Shown here in pieces: positions 34,702-46,669 of a stretch of 64,000 nucleotides of DNA. Every line of letters begins with the position of its first letter. Within the stretch, counting starts at the first letter, position 1. Under the pieces are notes generated by a model. That model was not told where the DNA came from and made no database searches. It worked only from the letters and a program-made list of their open reading frames with translations. The translations under genes were made by a program, and so were the position numbers. Source of the DNA: Microbotryum violaceum (Eukaryota); contig CDLV01000007.1 of NCBI GenBank assembly GCA_001244265.2, positions 1,550,001 through 1,614,000 on the forward strand. The letters run 5' to 3'.

Positions 34702-37700
34702 TCAACACCTCTCGAACCTGAAGCCGTCAATGAGTACGGTACAATCAGCGCGCCAGTTCAAAGGTCAGCGACTGAACACCTCCGAGCAACTCACACTTTG
34801 AACAAATTCTCCATACTCGTCAGCTGCACCACATCCCTCTTCTTCAAATGATCAGGAGCAACAAGATATTGTTTTGCGACGGGCCACACGATGTGTTGCA
34901 ATGCTCGCTTCTCCTCTTTCTCTTGCGCTTCGGTCCGACCACTCGAAGCAGGGCGGTGTTCGTCTGCCGTGGATGGGTCCGATTCGGAGGCAGCGACGTT
35001 GTCGTCAAACTCGGGGGCGGAGGGTCCTGGGATGTAGAAAAAAGCGAGCTCGCGTAGGAACGACTCGAAACATGGCTTTTCATCTTCCCAGTCCACGACG
35101 ACGCCGCTGCGTAGAAGAACTTTGTCAGACAAGAACAACAGGATCAAGTCAGTGCTTGGGTCTGGCTCGGACTGACTGCAACTGGACTCACAGAGGGGAA
35201 GCTTGACGAGATTAGGTAGGAAGCCCGGTATGATGAGGGGCAAGCTTTCGATCATGCCCTCAACCGAGATCGAGAGGGCAAAGTACTCCTCCAGCATCGC
35301 CCGCCGTTGGTGGATCGTATCGTACAGCCGCTGCAAAAGCAAACAAGGGAGTGAGCCCTGGCTCTAGCCGTATCTGACGGCAACGAAAGCCTCCTCACCT
35401 CGACGATCTCTTCTGCAGGCATTTGTGCCGCTTCCCTGCCCTCGTCACTCTCTACGGCTAGCTTGATCATGTCGCGCAGAGGAACGGGAGGTTGCAGGTC
35501 GATGCGAGCAAATTGGCCAAATTGACGCAGTGCAAGTTGGTAGAACAGCTCTTCACTGTGAGGAACTTCCTGTCAGCGGACGGCTCTTCCCCAGATGAGT
35601 CGAATTCGGTAATAAGCATGGACTCACGACAATGCCGCATGGTTGACCGAATAAAGCTTCGTCCGATGCTGGATCAGCGACAAGTGTAACTTTAGATCGG
35701 CGACCCCGACGAAAATGTGACCTTTGACGATGGCGTCGAGATCTGGATACAGTGCTTGACGTCTTAAACTCGAAAAAGTTGGAACCAGGTTTCTCTTCGA
35801 GTCAACATACCTTTGTCGGCCCGATCAAGCACTTCTTGTCTCAGCTCCCGAATGCTCCTCAATGTCGTTTGGCTTTGAGGTATCTTGACGCTCGTTGCCT
35901 TTTGGAGCTCGGGACGCGTAGTTGATATCGATCGAGGCTCCTCCTCTATTACAATATCATCGTCGTCTTCGGTTTCATCCTCTTCGGCACCCATCATCCG
36001 CTTCCGCTTCGACGATACCGGCGGTTGATCTTCATTTTCATCTCCTCTCCCCGGATCGATCACCTGATCTCCATTATCATCAACCTCCATCGCCCTTCCT
36101 TTCCCGCTACCCTTATCTTGATCATGCAACGGTGAAGGCACGGGCTCGAACATGGAGTCAAGGGTCCTCGTCTTGTAATCCGTTCTGATCATCGATTTGG
36201 GGGCGACTTTGCGTATACTCGTAGAGGGTGACGAGTGGCCGGCATTGTTGCTCCCACCTTGATCACGGGTCGAGGTCGAGGGACCATCGCTGGGTCGAGA
36301 CGCTCCGGGAAGCAAGGTCTGAAGAAGCAAACCGAGCCGGCGCGACATTAGCCCCTCAATCAAGACACTGCTCAAGCCCGGCAAAGATGACAACTGACCT
36401 GAATTTGGAAGCTTCTCGACTCGTTCGATGCGGCGAACTTATCAGCTACCGCATCACATATGATCTTGACGACCTCGTCCTCGTCCTCAAAGCCAACCTC
36501 GCTCTTGGTCGGATGCACGTTGACGTCGACTCTGCTGGGACTGATCTCGAGCGAGAGGTAGACGAAGGGATGGGAGCCCTTGGCGAGCAATGCGGCGTAG
36601 AATGCTTCCAGGGCTTGTTTGAGGGAGGAGCATTTGACAAGGCGATCTAGAATAAGGGTTAAGGGGAAGTAGCATGAGCATTGCGATCAGGCAACAACGG
36701 AGCGAAGAGCCCTGGATAACGAACGGTTGATGAAGAACAAGAACGTTCCTTTTTTGACGCCGTAGTTCGGTCCACTCAACCATCCTTTCACTTTGATCCC
36801 AAGCTCCTCGTCCTTCAAATCCAGTTCTACCAATTCCCTCTTGACGTGCTCGCCGTAATGCAGTCCGATGTTGTCGAGGACCGTCGCTCCGACAGGAGTG
36901 TTGACTTCTGGATTAGCCGAGCTCGCTTTCTTGCAGACCATCGCGACACCGGCGTTGTGGATCGAGTACTGTAATACCACAGCAACTATGTGCATGTATT
37001 CATCCGACGATGATCGCAAGGCTTTGAGTCGCATCGGCACGTTGTAGAACAGATCCTCGACCTGGAAAAAGCTCGAGGCGATCAGGATGAAATTTTCTCA
37101 GTCGGTTGGCCGCCTACGAAGTACTCACGACGATCAATGTGCCGTCGTTACCAGCACATGGGACTGGTTCATTGCTGGTAGCACCTGCTTTGACCGGAAT
37201 CATGACTCCATCGGAGTACGAGGCCCTGCTCGTCGAATAATTTTCGTGTGAAGCCGGGTATTGATAAAAAAGGCGTTGCATAGGAGAGATGAATAATCGA
37301 GGTCAGTAGGTTCCCCTCTCTTCGCATCTTCGAGACCATAAGAGGACCACACTGACTTCCAAGCACAGGCATCGTCCCGTGTCTTGGTCGTGACGGAGAT
37401 GTGAGCGACATGACTGATGCTGGCTAGTGCTTCCCCGCGAAAGCCATAGGTCCCCAGACGACTCAAGTCATCGAACGCCTTGAGTTTAGATGTAGTGAAG
37501 CGTTCACACAGGATAGGAAGATCTGCTTTCTGAGGTTCGTTAGGAGAGAGGGAGCGAGAGAGAGTGGTCGACGAGGGTGGGGCGTCGCGACGCGTTCTGA
37601 CATTAGCTCATCCGAGAGGGCTTGGAAGGTGAGAGCCTGGCTCGGCTTGCAGGTGCAAGGGACTGACCCTGATCCCGGAGCCGTTATCTTGAATCTGAAG

Positions 37701-38049
37701 CAGTTTGATCCCACCATCTTTGACGGTGATGCGAATCGAGGTGGATCCGGCGTCGAGCGCGTTCTCGATCAACTCCTTGAGCGCGTTCGCCGGTCGCTGG
37801 ATGATCTGTGGCACCACGGGCGCGGCCATTATATTCAGAGTTCAGCTTGAAAGGTCGTTCCCGACCACTCTCGAACCGACTGACCTCGCCAGCTGCGATG
37901 CGATTGACGACATCCTCCGCCAGCTTGGTGATCACCTTGGGTGGTGGGGGCGCCCCTGCGAGCCAGCGACCGGCATCAGCGACCGAGAGAAGGATACAGA
38001 GCACCGCACCGGAGCAGGACACGAGCGCACCTGCTTTAGCACTTGACAT
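34702..38049 (-). CDS. MLH1: DNA mismatch repair protein Mlh1 (MutL homolog), multi-exon
   Basis: [51 protein letters not shown] and VDVNVHPTK. The spliced C-terminus is FKVFERC*, the Mlh1-specific FERC motif. Confidence 0.97.
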
Positions 38050-39012
38050 GGTGCGTGCGATGACACTATCTCACGCCATGCCTTGACCGGTGCGCGCAAG
38101 AGGAGAGGGCAGTGAGGCGAAAAGCCCGAACAAAACTGGACTTCGCAACCGTGAGGCGATAGAGAGGCAGTACAGTGGCCATACGCGAAGGTACGTGGTT
38201 CCACGGTATGCACGACAGGATACGCGCCAGGCGGACGACTACACAACACACAATAAATACAATAAATAATGTCACCAATCCCAAATCCCCGTACAACTCT
38301 TCGCTGTGGTTTCCCTTCCGTTTGACGCGGTCTGAAAGGCCACGTCCAACGTGAGGGTCGAAGAAAAGCTGCAACTGTGTCAAAGGGAGGGAAAGCGGCG
38401 CTACAAGAATAGTCGGCTCTAGCGGCTCCTGATAGGTCGATACTCGAATGGCAGAGCAAACCCGAGGACGGATCCAAGGACTCTCCGTGAAGCTGAGTAG
38501 CGGTACAATAAGGGCGCAAAGTACAGAGAACGGAGCCAGGAAGCGGTCGCCCACAGACGCGCAGACGCCGCGAGCACAACTCGCGCGAGGAGGACCCCCG
38601 GAAGCCCAGCCGGAGGCGCAATTTTTTTTTTGACATTTTGAGGACCCGAAATCCTGGAAATCGTCGAGTATTGCAAGAAATACCATTTTGGGCCGAAACG
38701 CACATTTTGCCCCCGAGGCGCCCAATTTTGGCCTACCCTGAGCAGCCTGTGGCATGACTTGAGCTTAGTGCGGAGCCGTCGGTGCGGCAGCGGCCGAGGA
38801 CGAGATCGGCGACGACCTGCGAGACACTGTGTCATCGGTTGGCGACTGGCTGGCGCTTCGGCGTCCGCCTTCTACCTTCTCCTTCATCACCGCACTCAAT
38901 TCGGTCGCACTGCGCTACTCGCTTACTACTCGAATCTCCGTCTAGAATCAAATAAGTCTCCGCCAACAGTGAGTGCCACCAGGTCCGGTCGGCGAGAGAA
39001 GCTTGCATTCAG

Positions 39013-40438
39013 ATGATCGGCGCCCAGTTGCAAAACGGGCAAGCGCTTTCTACGTTGTTCAATCATGTCTCCTGATCACAAGGCCCCCCCTGAACTTTCA
39101 AATAGTGCTCGTCCGCGGACAATATTGGATCATTCCTACCCTTGCGGCAGTATTTTGGCTGGCAACCTTGGTGCGTATTGCACTTCCCAGGTCTGCGAGG
39201 GTTCAAGACCTTGGACCAAACCTCGATCGGGACGCTGACGCGCGGAACTCGGCCACGCCTCCGCAGCTCGGATTGCTGTTGTGGTGGATCGTCGATGACA
39301 ACAGCAAGCAGTACATGATTGATGAGGTGGGTGTGGTACTGGGGATGGATTTCTGCCTTTGGCGGCGAGGCTGACAGACAACCCCTTTTATTCTCGGTGT
39401 CTGCGCCGCTGTTTAACACTGGCAGGCGACCGTCGGTGCGTCTGCTTCAATTACGCTTGCCGAAGACCTGGACCTCCGTTGACCTCTTGCGTTGACTTTG
39501 CTTTGCGATGGACCAGTTTTTATCTCCGACGTTGGAGCTGCACACAAAGGACTTTTCATTCCCGGCACCGCGCTCACATTCGTCTTTTTCTCGGCGACCC
39601 TCTTGACTGAACGATGGCTCCGACACATTCGCCGCATCCCCGGTGCGCTGAAAAAGAAGGAGACCGTGTACGACATCTTGTGCTGCGTGTTTGGTATCCT
39701 TGGTGGGCTCGCTCTTATGCTGCTCTCGTGAGTTTCGGTGAAGCTGTACTCCGGCTTCAAGGATCAGAGCGACAGGGAGCTAACCAATCTGTTGAGCTTG
39801 GCAGGATTTTCGACGCCTTCAACCACTCGAAAGCTCACTGGACGCTGACGCTCGTGTTTGTCGTCTGCATCGCGCTCTCGGCCATCTTCCAGACGCTTGA
39901 AGTCATGTCCCTCGAGCGTGACCACGTCGACCGAAACCACCTTCGCCGCACCGCCATCATCAAGCTTATCATCGTCAGCGTCGCCGTCGCTGGCGCGATC
40001 GGCTTTGGTGTCACCTACGGCATTTGCGCCGGCGCAAACAACGACGTCGCACCCACGGCGCGCTGCAACATCGTCCAGTCGGCTGCGGCTTCGCTCGAGT
40101 GGTTCATTGCGTTCCTCTTCTTCCTCTACATTTGCACCTTCATTCTCGATCTCCTGCCCGCTCGCAAGACGTGAGTTTGTCTCGCGGGTTGAATCGCTGT
40201 TTTGCTGTTTCGGAACACTAATCTGCGCCCTATTCATCGCTGCCACAGTGAGGGCCACAAGTTCCACCCTGGATTGATCGAGGCGGACAAGTCCAATATG
40301 CTGCACGAGCACAAGAATGGCCGATCCGGAGCTCCTCGAGGTCTTGACTCACCCGTCCGACGTGCGTCCGAAGATGACCACTCGCTCGGCCCTCGCGTCG
40401 GCCGAACCCCGGAAGATCAGGGACTTCAGCAGGTCTGA
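39013..40438 (+). CDS. Frag1/DRAM/Sfk1 family multi-pass membrane protein, copy 1
   Basis: YWIIPTLAAVFWLATL, LGLLLWWI, FISDVGA, LFIPG, ERWLRH, IFDAFNHSKAH and SAAASLEWFIAF. The start is approximate. Confidence 0.82.
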
Positions 40439-42186
40439 ACACATCTAAACGTTTGAGGAAACTTCGAAAACCTGTCTCAAACCCGGGCATTTCCGAAGTG
40501 TCTATTCCGGACCCCGGCCACCTATATTTTATCTCCCATACACGTTAATTCTTCGACGCTGTTATATAATGCCGGCGGCTCGGTCCGTCCTGCTCCGATG
40601 TCGTTCTCTCTCTCTAGATTCTTCTGTAACGCAAACACTTATAATGCATCATATCATATACGAACTACTGTCGACACCAATCGAATCGTGAACGCGAGAC
40701 GCTTCGAAACCGCGCAGTGGGCCGGTTGGCGGCGGTTTCGCAGCGTCCTTGTCCCCAAAGACAACCAATGAGATTGTCGAAGAAAAGTACATCCAAACCT
40801 CACCAAGCTCCCTCTTGTTTCAAGCTTCGAGTCGAACAGTGGCAAGGGATGTTTGTGGGATTCCAACGTGCACGTAGCAAAGTACTGACCGTTTCGTATT
40901 CAGTTTGGGAGGGCTCACTGCACTCGAATGCCGAGCATATTGCCCATTGCATCTCCCTGGGATCCCTCCACCCAGGTCAACAACTTGCCTCCCGGACCAC
41001 GCCCACGTCGATGATCGGTCCAAATATTGCATGCCGTAGTACCTCACCCGAGTGTCTGCAGCGGAATTTCAGTCGGCTGCAGTTCCCACTCGCTCGGCGT
41101 CTTTCAAATTGAACTGCTCGTTTTCCGGCTCCTCACCCTGCTCCCCCCGACTTCGAATGCCCCCGCTCGTTGACTGGTCGAGTTACGTGTTCTCCTTTTT
41201 CACTCGATCTGGAAGCTTTGTCGCCACCCGGAACTTTTGGAACTGATCACCGAAACAGCCTTAACACGATTATGCTGTCATTGAAACGATATTAACGATT
41301 ACAACATAACCGTAAATACCGAAAGATTGTAACAAAAGCGCGAAAATCGTTACTTTACAAAGTGTGACCGGAAGACGCCAAAAGTAATTGCACACCTTGT
41401 CAGAACCTGGTTCGAGGCGCTTTCTCTACGGGATTTTTCGAGTGGGGCTAGTATCTACGTGATGATGGACGTCGTGACCACCCACCTCGCTCTTGCTGGG
41501 GAAATTTGGCAATCGCGACAAGTTCACAGGCGCGGCGGACGATCCAAACTCGGCGCAAGGGGTTCTCAGCTTCAAAACTAAAGGATGTTTTCCTGGAATC
41601 GCACTTTTTGCACTTTTTAGGAGGTTTTGGTTCATTTAAGTTTAAGGACAACAACCCAGCCTTGCTTTTCGGCGGTATGACTTGATACCGAAAGCAGGCG
41701 CCTCCACTCGCAGCTCGCCTGGACTCGTCTCCTTTCTCGAAGCCGGTCGGTTGCACTCGGCTGCTCCCGAATTGCCGCCCCCCGCGCACTTTGGGTGGCC
41801 AATGCCCAGGGTTCAGACCTCAGACACTCGAGAAAGGTGATCAAGCTCACACGGTTCTCTTGTATTATCACTGACACCGAATATGCGGTGACTGTTCCCC
41901 CCGACAAACTTCGCCGTCACCGACAACAATGTGGTGCATGCCCTTGAAGTTGCACGGCACCGAACAACCGCCCTCGGGCGATGTCGCTCTGCACCGCCGC
42001 CGGCCTGACGAAGGGTTCTCCTATTTCCTGCCTTGCGGCCCCTTTTCCCCAGGATAGCCCGCGGGCATCATATCCGAGCTACATGCTTACCGCGTGATAC
42101 TACAGACTCACGCGTTCTCTTTCGCTTATTACCCGTGAACAAACGCACCGCACTCACTTGTTCGTTAAATTAAGAGTGAGTTGAGC

Positions 42187-43553
42187 ATGTTGTCGACTCG
42201 CAGGCGACACTGGTTATCGGGGGAATAGCACGGGCTTATGCGCTTGTCCGATCGCCCAGTGCTCTTCAGGGGTCATTATTGGGTCGTTCCCGCACTCGCG
42301 GTCGCGTCCTGGCTCGCAACCATAGTAGGTGCAGAGGACATGTGACGGGTGATGCTTGACACATTATCATCATGGATACCCTAACGAGTTGAAACCCTCT
42401 CCGACTGGTGTCCTTGCGTTCCCAGTTGGGTTTGTTGCTGTTGTGGATCTTAGACGACCATGTCACGGTCAGCTTCGTAAGCCCTGCTTGGTCGACTTTA
42501 TCCGGACGGCACGGCCGGACGCGGCGGATACTTACCACCTGCATTCCACCGTCAAACGACACAGACGATGATCCGTAAGCATGCTCTGCAAAAAGAACCG
42601 CGCAATTGAATGTAACCCGATGACAACTTGGGAGCCTCCCCTTTCAGCCTACATGAGCCAAGTCGGCTCATTCCATGAGAACCTCTTCATCCCCGGCTGT
42701 ACTTTCACCGCGGTCTTCTACTCCGCGACGCTGCTCCTCGAGCGTTGGCTAAGACACACACATCGTATTCCCGGATCCTCGAGACCAGACATCGTGCGAT
42801 ATGGTGTCTTTTCTTGCGTGTTTGGGTTTTTTGGAGGTTCTGCACTCTTGTTGATTTCGTGAGCCTTTACATCGCCGATTCGGTTCCATTCGCCATAAAA
42901 CGCTGACTAATGATTGTTAACCGGCAGTATCTGTGATGTCTATCGCCACGCGGCCGCTCACTGGGCGTCCACCTTGGTTTTTGTGCTGTGCATGGCAGCC
43001 TCCTCGATCTGTCAAACCATCCAAGTGCGTCGGCTTGGCAGTCTACTCTCGCAAGACGCGGATGCCGACCATAGCAAAAGCGACGAAGGTAGTCACGATG
43101 GGCACGGACAGGGGCTAAAGCGCAGTGGGCGAATCAAATTGGTGATTCTTGTTATCGCCTTGGCATGCACCTTGAGCTTCGCAGTCCTCTTCGGCGTATG
43201 TTTTACCGAGCCCAATACTCGAGCCCCCTCTCTTCGATGCAACAGGGTCGAATCGGCCTCTGCAACGTTCGAATGGATCGTTGCCTTCCTCTTCGACCTC
43301 TTTCTTTGCACGTTCATCCTCGACTTGGCTCCTGCTGTGACTAGGAGGGTATCCTTCGAATGCTCAGGGACTGTTGACGGACTCTAACGATATAGAAAAG
43401 ATCCACCAGCTCCGGCCGAGGTCGGACGCGATGCTCGGTTGATTCAGGGGTCAAGGCGACGAGCGGTCAAAAGCACGAAGTCGACAGTCATCAAGTATCT
43501 CAGGCGGAGCGCGAGACTACCCAACCGGGCTCTCGTCCTGCCTTGGAAGTGTG
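42187..43553 (+). CDS. Frag1/DRAM/Sfk1 family membrane protein, diverged tandem copy 2
   Basis: GHYWVVPALAVASWLATI, LFIPGCTFTAVFYSATLLLERWLRHTHRIPG, AHWASTLVFV and SASATFEWIVAFLF, with several introns at positions matching copy 1. Both ends are approximate. Confidence 0.75.
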
Positions 43554-44137
43554 ATCCAGTTTGCTCGAGAACCAAGTTACCCAGCAGACTGCAAGGACGC
43601 CGAGACGAAACGTATTGCAGTGTCATGGTGATGGAACGACGGCGCCGCAAGGCTTCCCGACATCTCGACATATTGGACTGCGCTCTTATCTTCGTGTCTC
43701 AGATCTCGCTTGCTTATCTTCTTTATCATTATGTTTACCCCTCGTTGTGTCGGCTGAAAATCCTAGAGTCAGCGGTTCTTGCCCGTACGAAGTTAACCAA
43801 GAGGTCCGTGCCCATGGGAGGCTGCTGCCATGCTGAGAAGGGGCGCGATGACGCTGCTGGACGTGCCAGGCGGATGTTTCGCACTCGTTTTCCCGACTTC
43901 ATTGCGTTCGTCCAGCCAAACGACTCGCCCCTACGTACCACCATCACAATCTCCATCTGTGAATTCCCAGCTCGTATCGACCTCCTGTGCTTCACTCTCT
44001 GGCACCTCTTCGGCGTGCGTTCCGCCTTTCGCACACGCCGGCGCATTACAGCCTCCAGCACAACTACAACGAGGGCCTAAGATCTCGCAGACAGTAGACG
44101 GATTGCAAAACTCACCCCGTTAGTATTCAATAGCACC

Positions 44138-46484
44138 ATGTTTGCGTGAGTACATCGTGGATTTTGCCCCCTGAGCGGCCTTGGGACTGATGACCGCCTC
44201 TGTCTCCGCGCCCTGCCGTTGCTCTCCTCTCGTCCGTTCCCAACTGCTGCAGCGGCCATCCCGGAACCTCACCCGCCTCATTCAAGGGCGATGTCTCATT
44301 CCTGCAACGCGCTGCACTGCGCGGCGATACGACGCTGCAGCCCCCACCGAGCGGCGATCCCTCTCTCCCCTTCGGACCAGCCGGATCGTCCACTGCCCGC
44401 CGCCCGAGCGCCAACAACGGCGGCCACATAGTCGACGACCAGTCAACACATAGCGACGAACAGGACGATGCTTACAGGGGCAGGGGTCGTCAGAGACGAG
44501 GCTCGAGCGGTAAAACTTCGAGGGCGTCCATCTACTCGCTCGGCGGCTCCAGACTCAGTCCGACTCGCGAATCCACCGTCGGCGAAGAGGACGACGAACT
44601 CCGTGATGGAGTGATGGGCCTCGGTGGGGACAAGAGGAATCGGGATGGACTCGGACCTGTATTCCTCGAGGATGAGCCCGAACGATCACGTTCGCGGACG
44701 TTGACCGCCGCTGCGATTTCGGGAACGGTGGCCGTCGATTTGTCAAAATCGATGAGTATAGCTCCAGCGCCGCATGCGCCGACAGCACCGACGGCGACCG
44801 AACACACTCCTTTGCTCGGCAGCGCCGGTGCATCGACTCTGGTTAATGTGCCCCTGCCGGAGGATGGGCAAAAGGCGCGCGCTGCGTTCTGGCACGAGAT
44901 CAAGGTTCTCATCAGCTACGCCGTGCCGATTGCGGGCACCCATTTTCTCGAGTACTCGCTCCTCGTCGTCACCGTCGTTTCGGTCGGGCACATTGGCACG
45001 GTCGAACTCGCGGCGGCTTCGATCGCGTCCATGACTTCGAACGTCGTGGCCCTGTCCCTCATACAGGGCTTCTGCACGGCCCTCGACACGCTCTGCCCCC
45101 AAGCCTACACGTCAAACCCTCGCATGACATCCCTGTACGCCCTGAGGACGTTCTTCATCCTCATGATCCTCGTCATCCCGCAAGTAATCATCTTTTGGAA
45201 TGCCGAAGGCCTTCTCCTAGCTCTCCGACAGGATCCCAAGGTCGCCGAGCGAGCCTCGACGTACCTTCGAGCCCTTTCGTTCGGCCTGCCCGGCTATGCC
45301 GGCTTCGAGTGCATCAGACGATGGTTGCAAGCACAAGGAATGATGGTCGCGCCCGTTGTGACTTTGATCATCGCCGCGCCCCTTAACGTCCTTCTCAACT
45401 ACCTGCTCGTCTGGGGACCCGATTCCATTCGACTCGGCTTCATCGGCGCGCCGATTTCGACCGCGATCTCGATGAACGTCATGTTCATCGTGTCCGTCGT
45501 CTACGCCGTCCTTGCAGCTCCTCGTGATGCATGGGGCGGCTTCTCGAAGGAAGTCTTCCATGACTTGGGCCTCAACATCACCCTTGGGCTGGCCGGTTCA
45601 GCGGCGGTCGTTTCGGAATGGTGGTCTTGGGAAATCGTGGGGTTGGCCTCGTCCTTCCTTGGGCCGACAGCCTTGGCGGCTCAATCCGTGCTTCGTGAGT
45701 TCCTGACAGTGGACCGGGTCTTAAGTGAATCTGCAATTTTTGATTCTGATTCGATCTCCACGCAGTTACGAGTGCTTCTTTATTTTACCAAATCCCTTAC
45801 GCACTCTCCGTAGCCGCCGCCGTCCGTGCTGGAAGTGAGTGGCATGCGTCTCTCTTCGAATATGAATACCGCGAAGCTGACATCACTTTGATACCTAGAT
45901 CTCCTCGGTGCTCAACGACCCGACACGGCTCGAATGACCTCCTATGCGACCATGACGGTTAGTCAGATCCGCTGATGTCTGAACCCGGCCGATATCGCCC
46001 CTGACCCCTTGCTGTCTTTCGGTATCCCTTACAGCTCGCTATCGGGGTCGCCGGCATCAACTCGCTCCTCCTCGTCGTCTTCCGCCACCGCTGGGGCCTG
46101 CTCTTCTCTTCCGAGAAGGAAGTCATCGAAGTCGTCGCCTCCGTACTCGGCCTCGTCGCCGCTTTCCAACTCTCCGATGGTATCTCGGGCGCCATGGCCG
46201 GTCTCTTACGGGGAGCGGGTAAAGCAACGTTAGGCGCCGTGCTCAACCTCATTTCTTACTACGTCGTGGGACTACCTCTCGGAATGGCTTTGACGTTCGC
46301 CGGACCGAAGATGGGCTTGAAGGGTTTGTGGTTGGGTTTGACGGCGGCGTTGACGGGGACGGCAACATTGGCGACTTGGGTCATCCTGAGGTTGGATTGG
46401 AGGCTCGAGTCGGAGAACGCGAGGATTCGAATGGGTGTCGCTAAGAGGGATGAGGAGGACGATGGGCCAGAGTATGAGCAATGA
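44138..46484 (+). CDS. MATE family efflux transporter, multi-exon
   Basis: VSVGHIGTVELAAASIA, TALDTLCPQAY, RLGFIGAPI, SEWWSWEI, FQLSDG, GLLRGAGK and YYVVGLPLG. The start is inferred as an 8-nt first exon (ATGTTTGC|GTGAGT). Confidence 0.93.
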
Positions 46485-46669
46485 TCCGGTCGTTCTCGCC
46501 GCGATCCTCTTACCGAAAACAGGCTCTATTGAGCGAAGGATCGATTGACGTAGACATGTAATTTGTCTTTTCTCCCTTTATCTCGCTCTTTCCCTTAGTT
46601 CGGTGCATATACAACCACAGCATGAAATCCAGACTGACCCTAAGAATTATAATTACGATGATGACATGG

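Noticed and set aside
37932..38835. Overlapping 138-257 aa ORFs upstream of MLH1
   Set aside because: No motifs, and they run through a homopolymer tract and promoter-like sequence.
43439..44080. 213-aa ORF between Sfk1-like copy 2 and the MATE gene
   Set aside because: Non-ATG start, overlaps the likely last exon and 3' UTR of copy 2, and has no recognisable domain.
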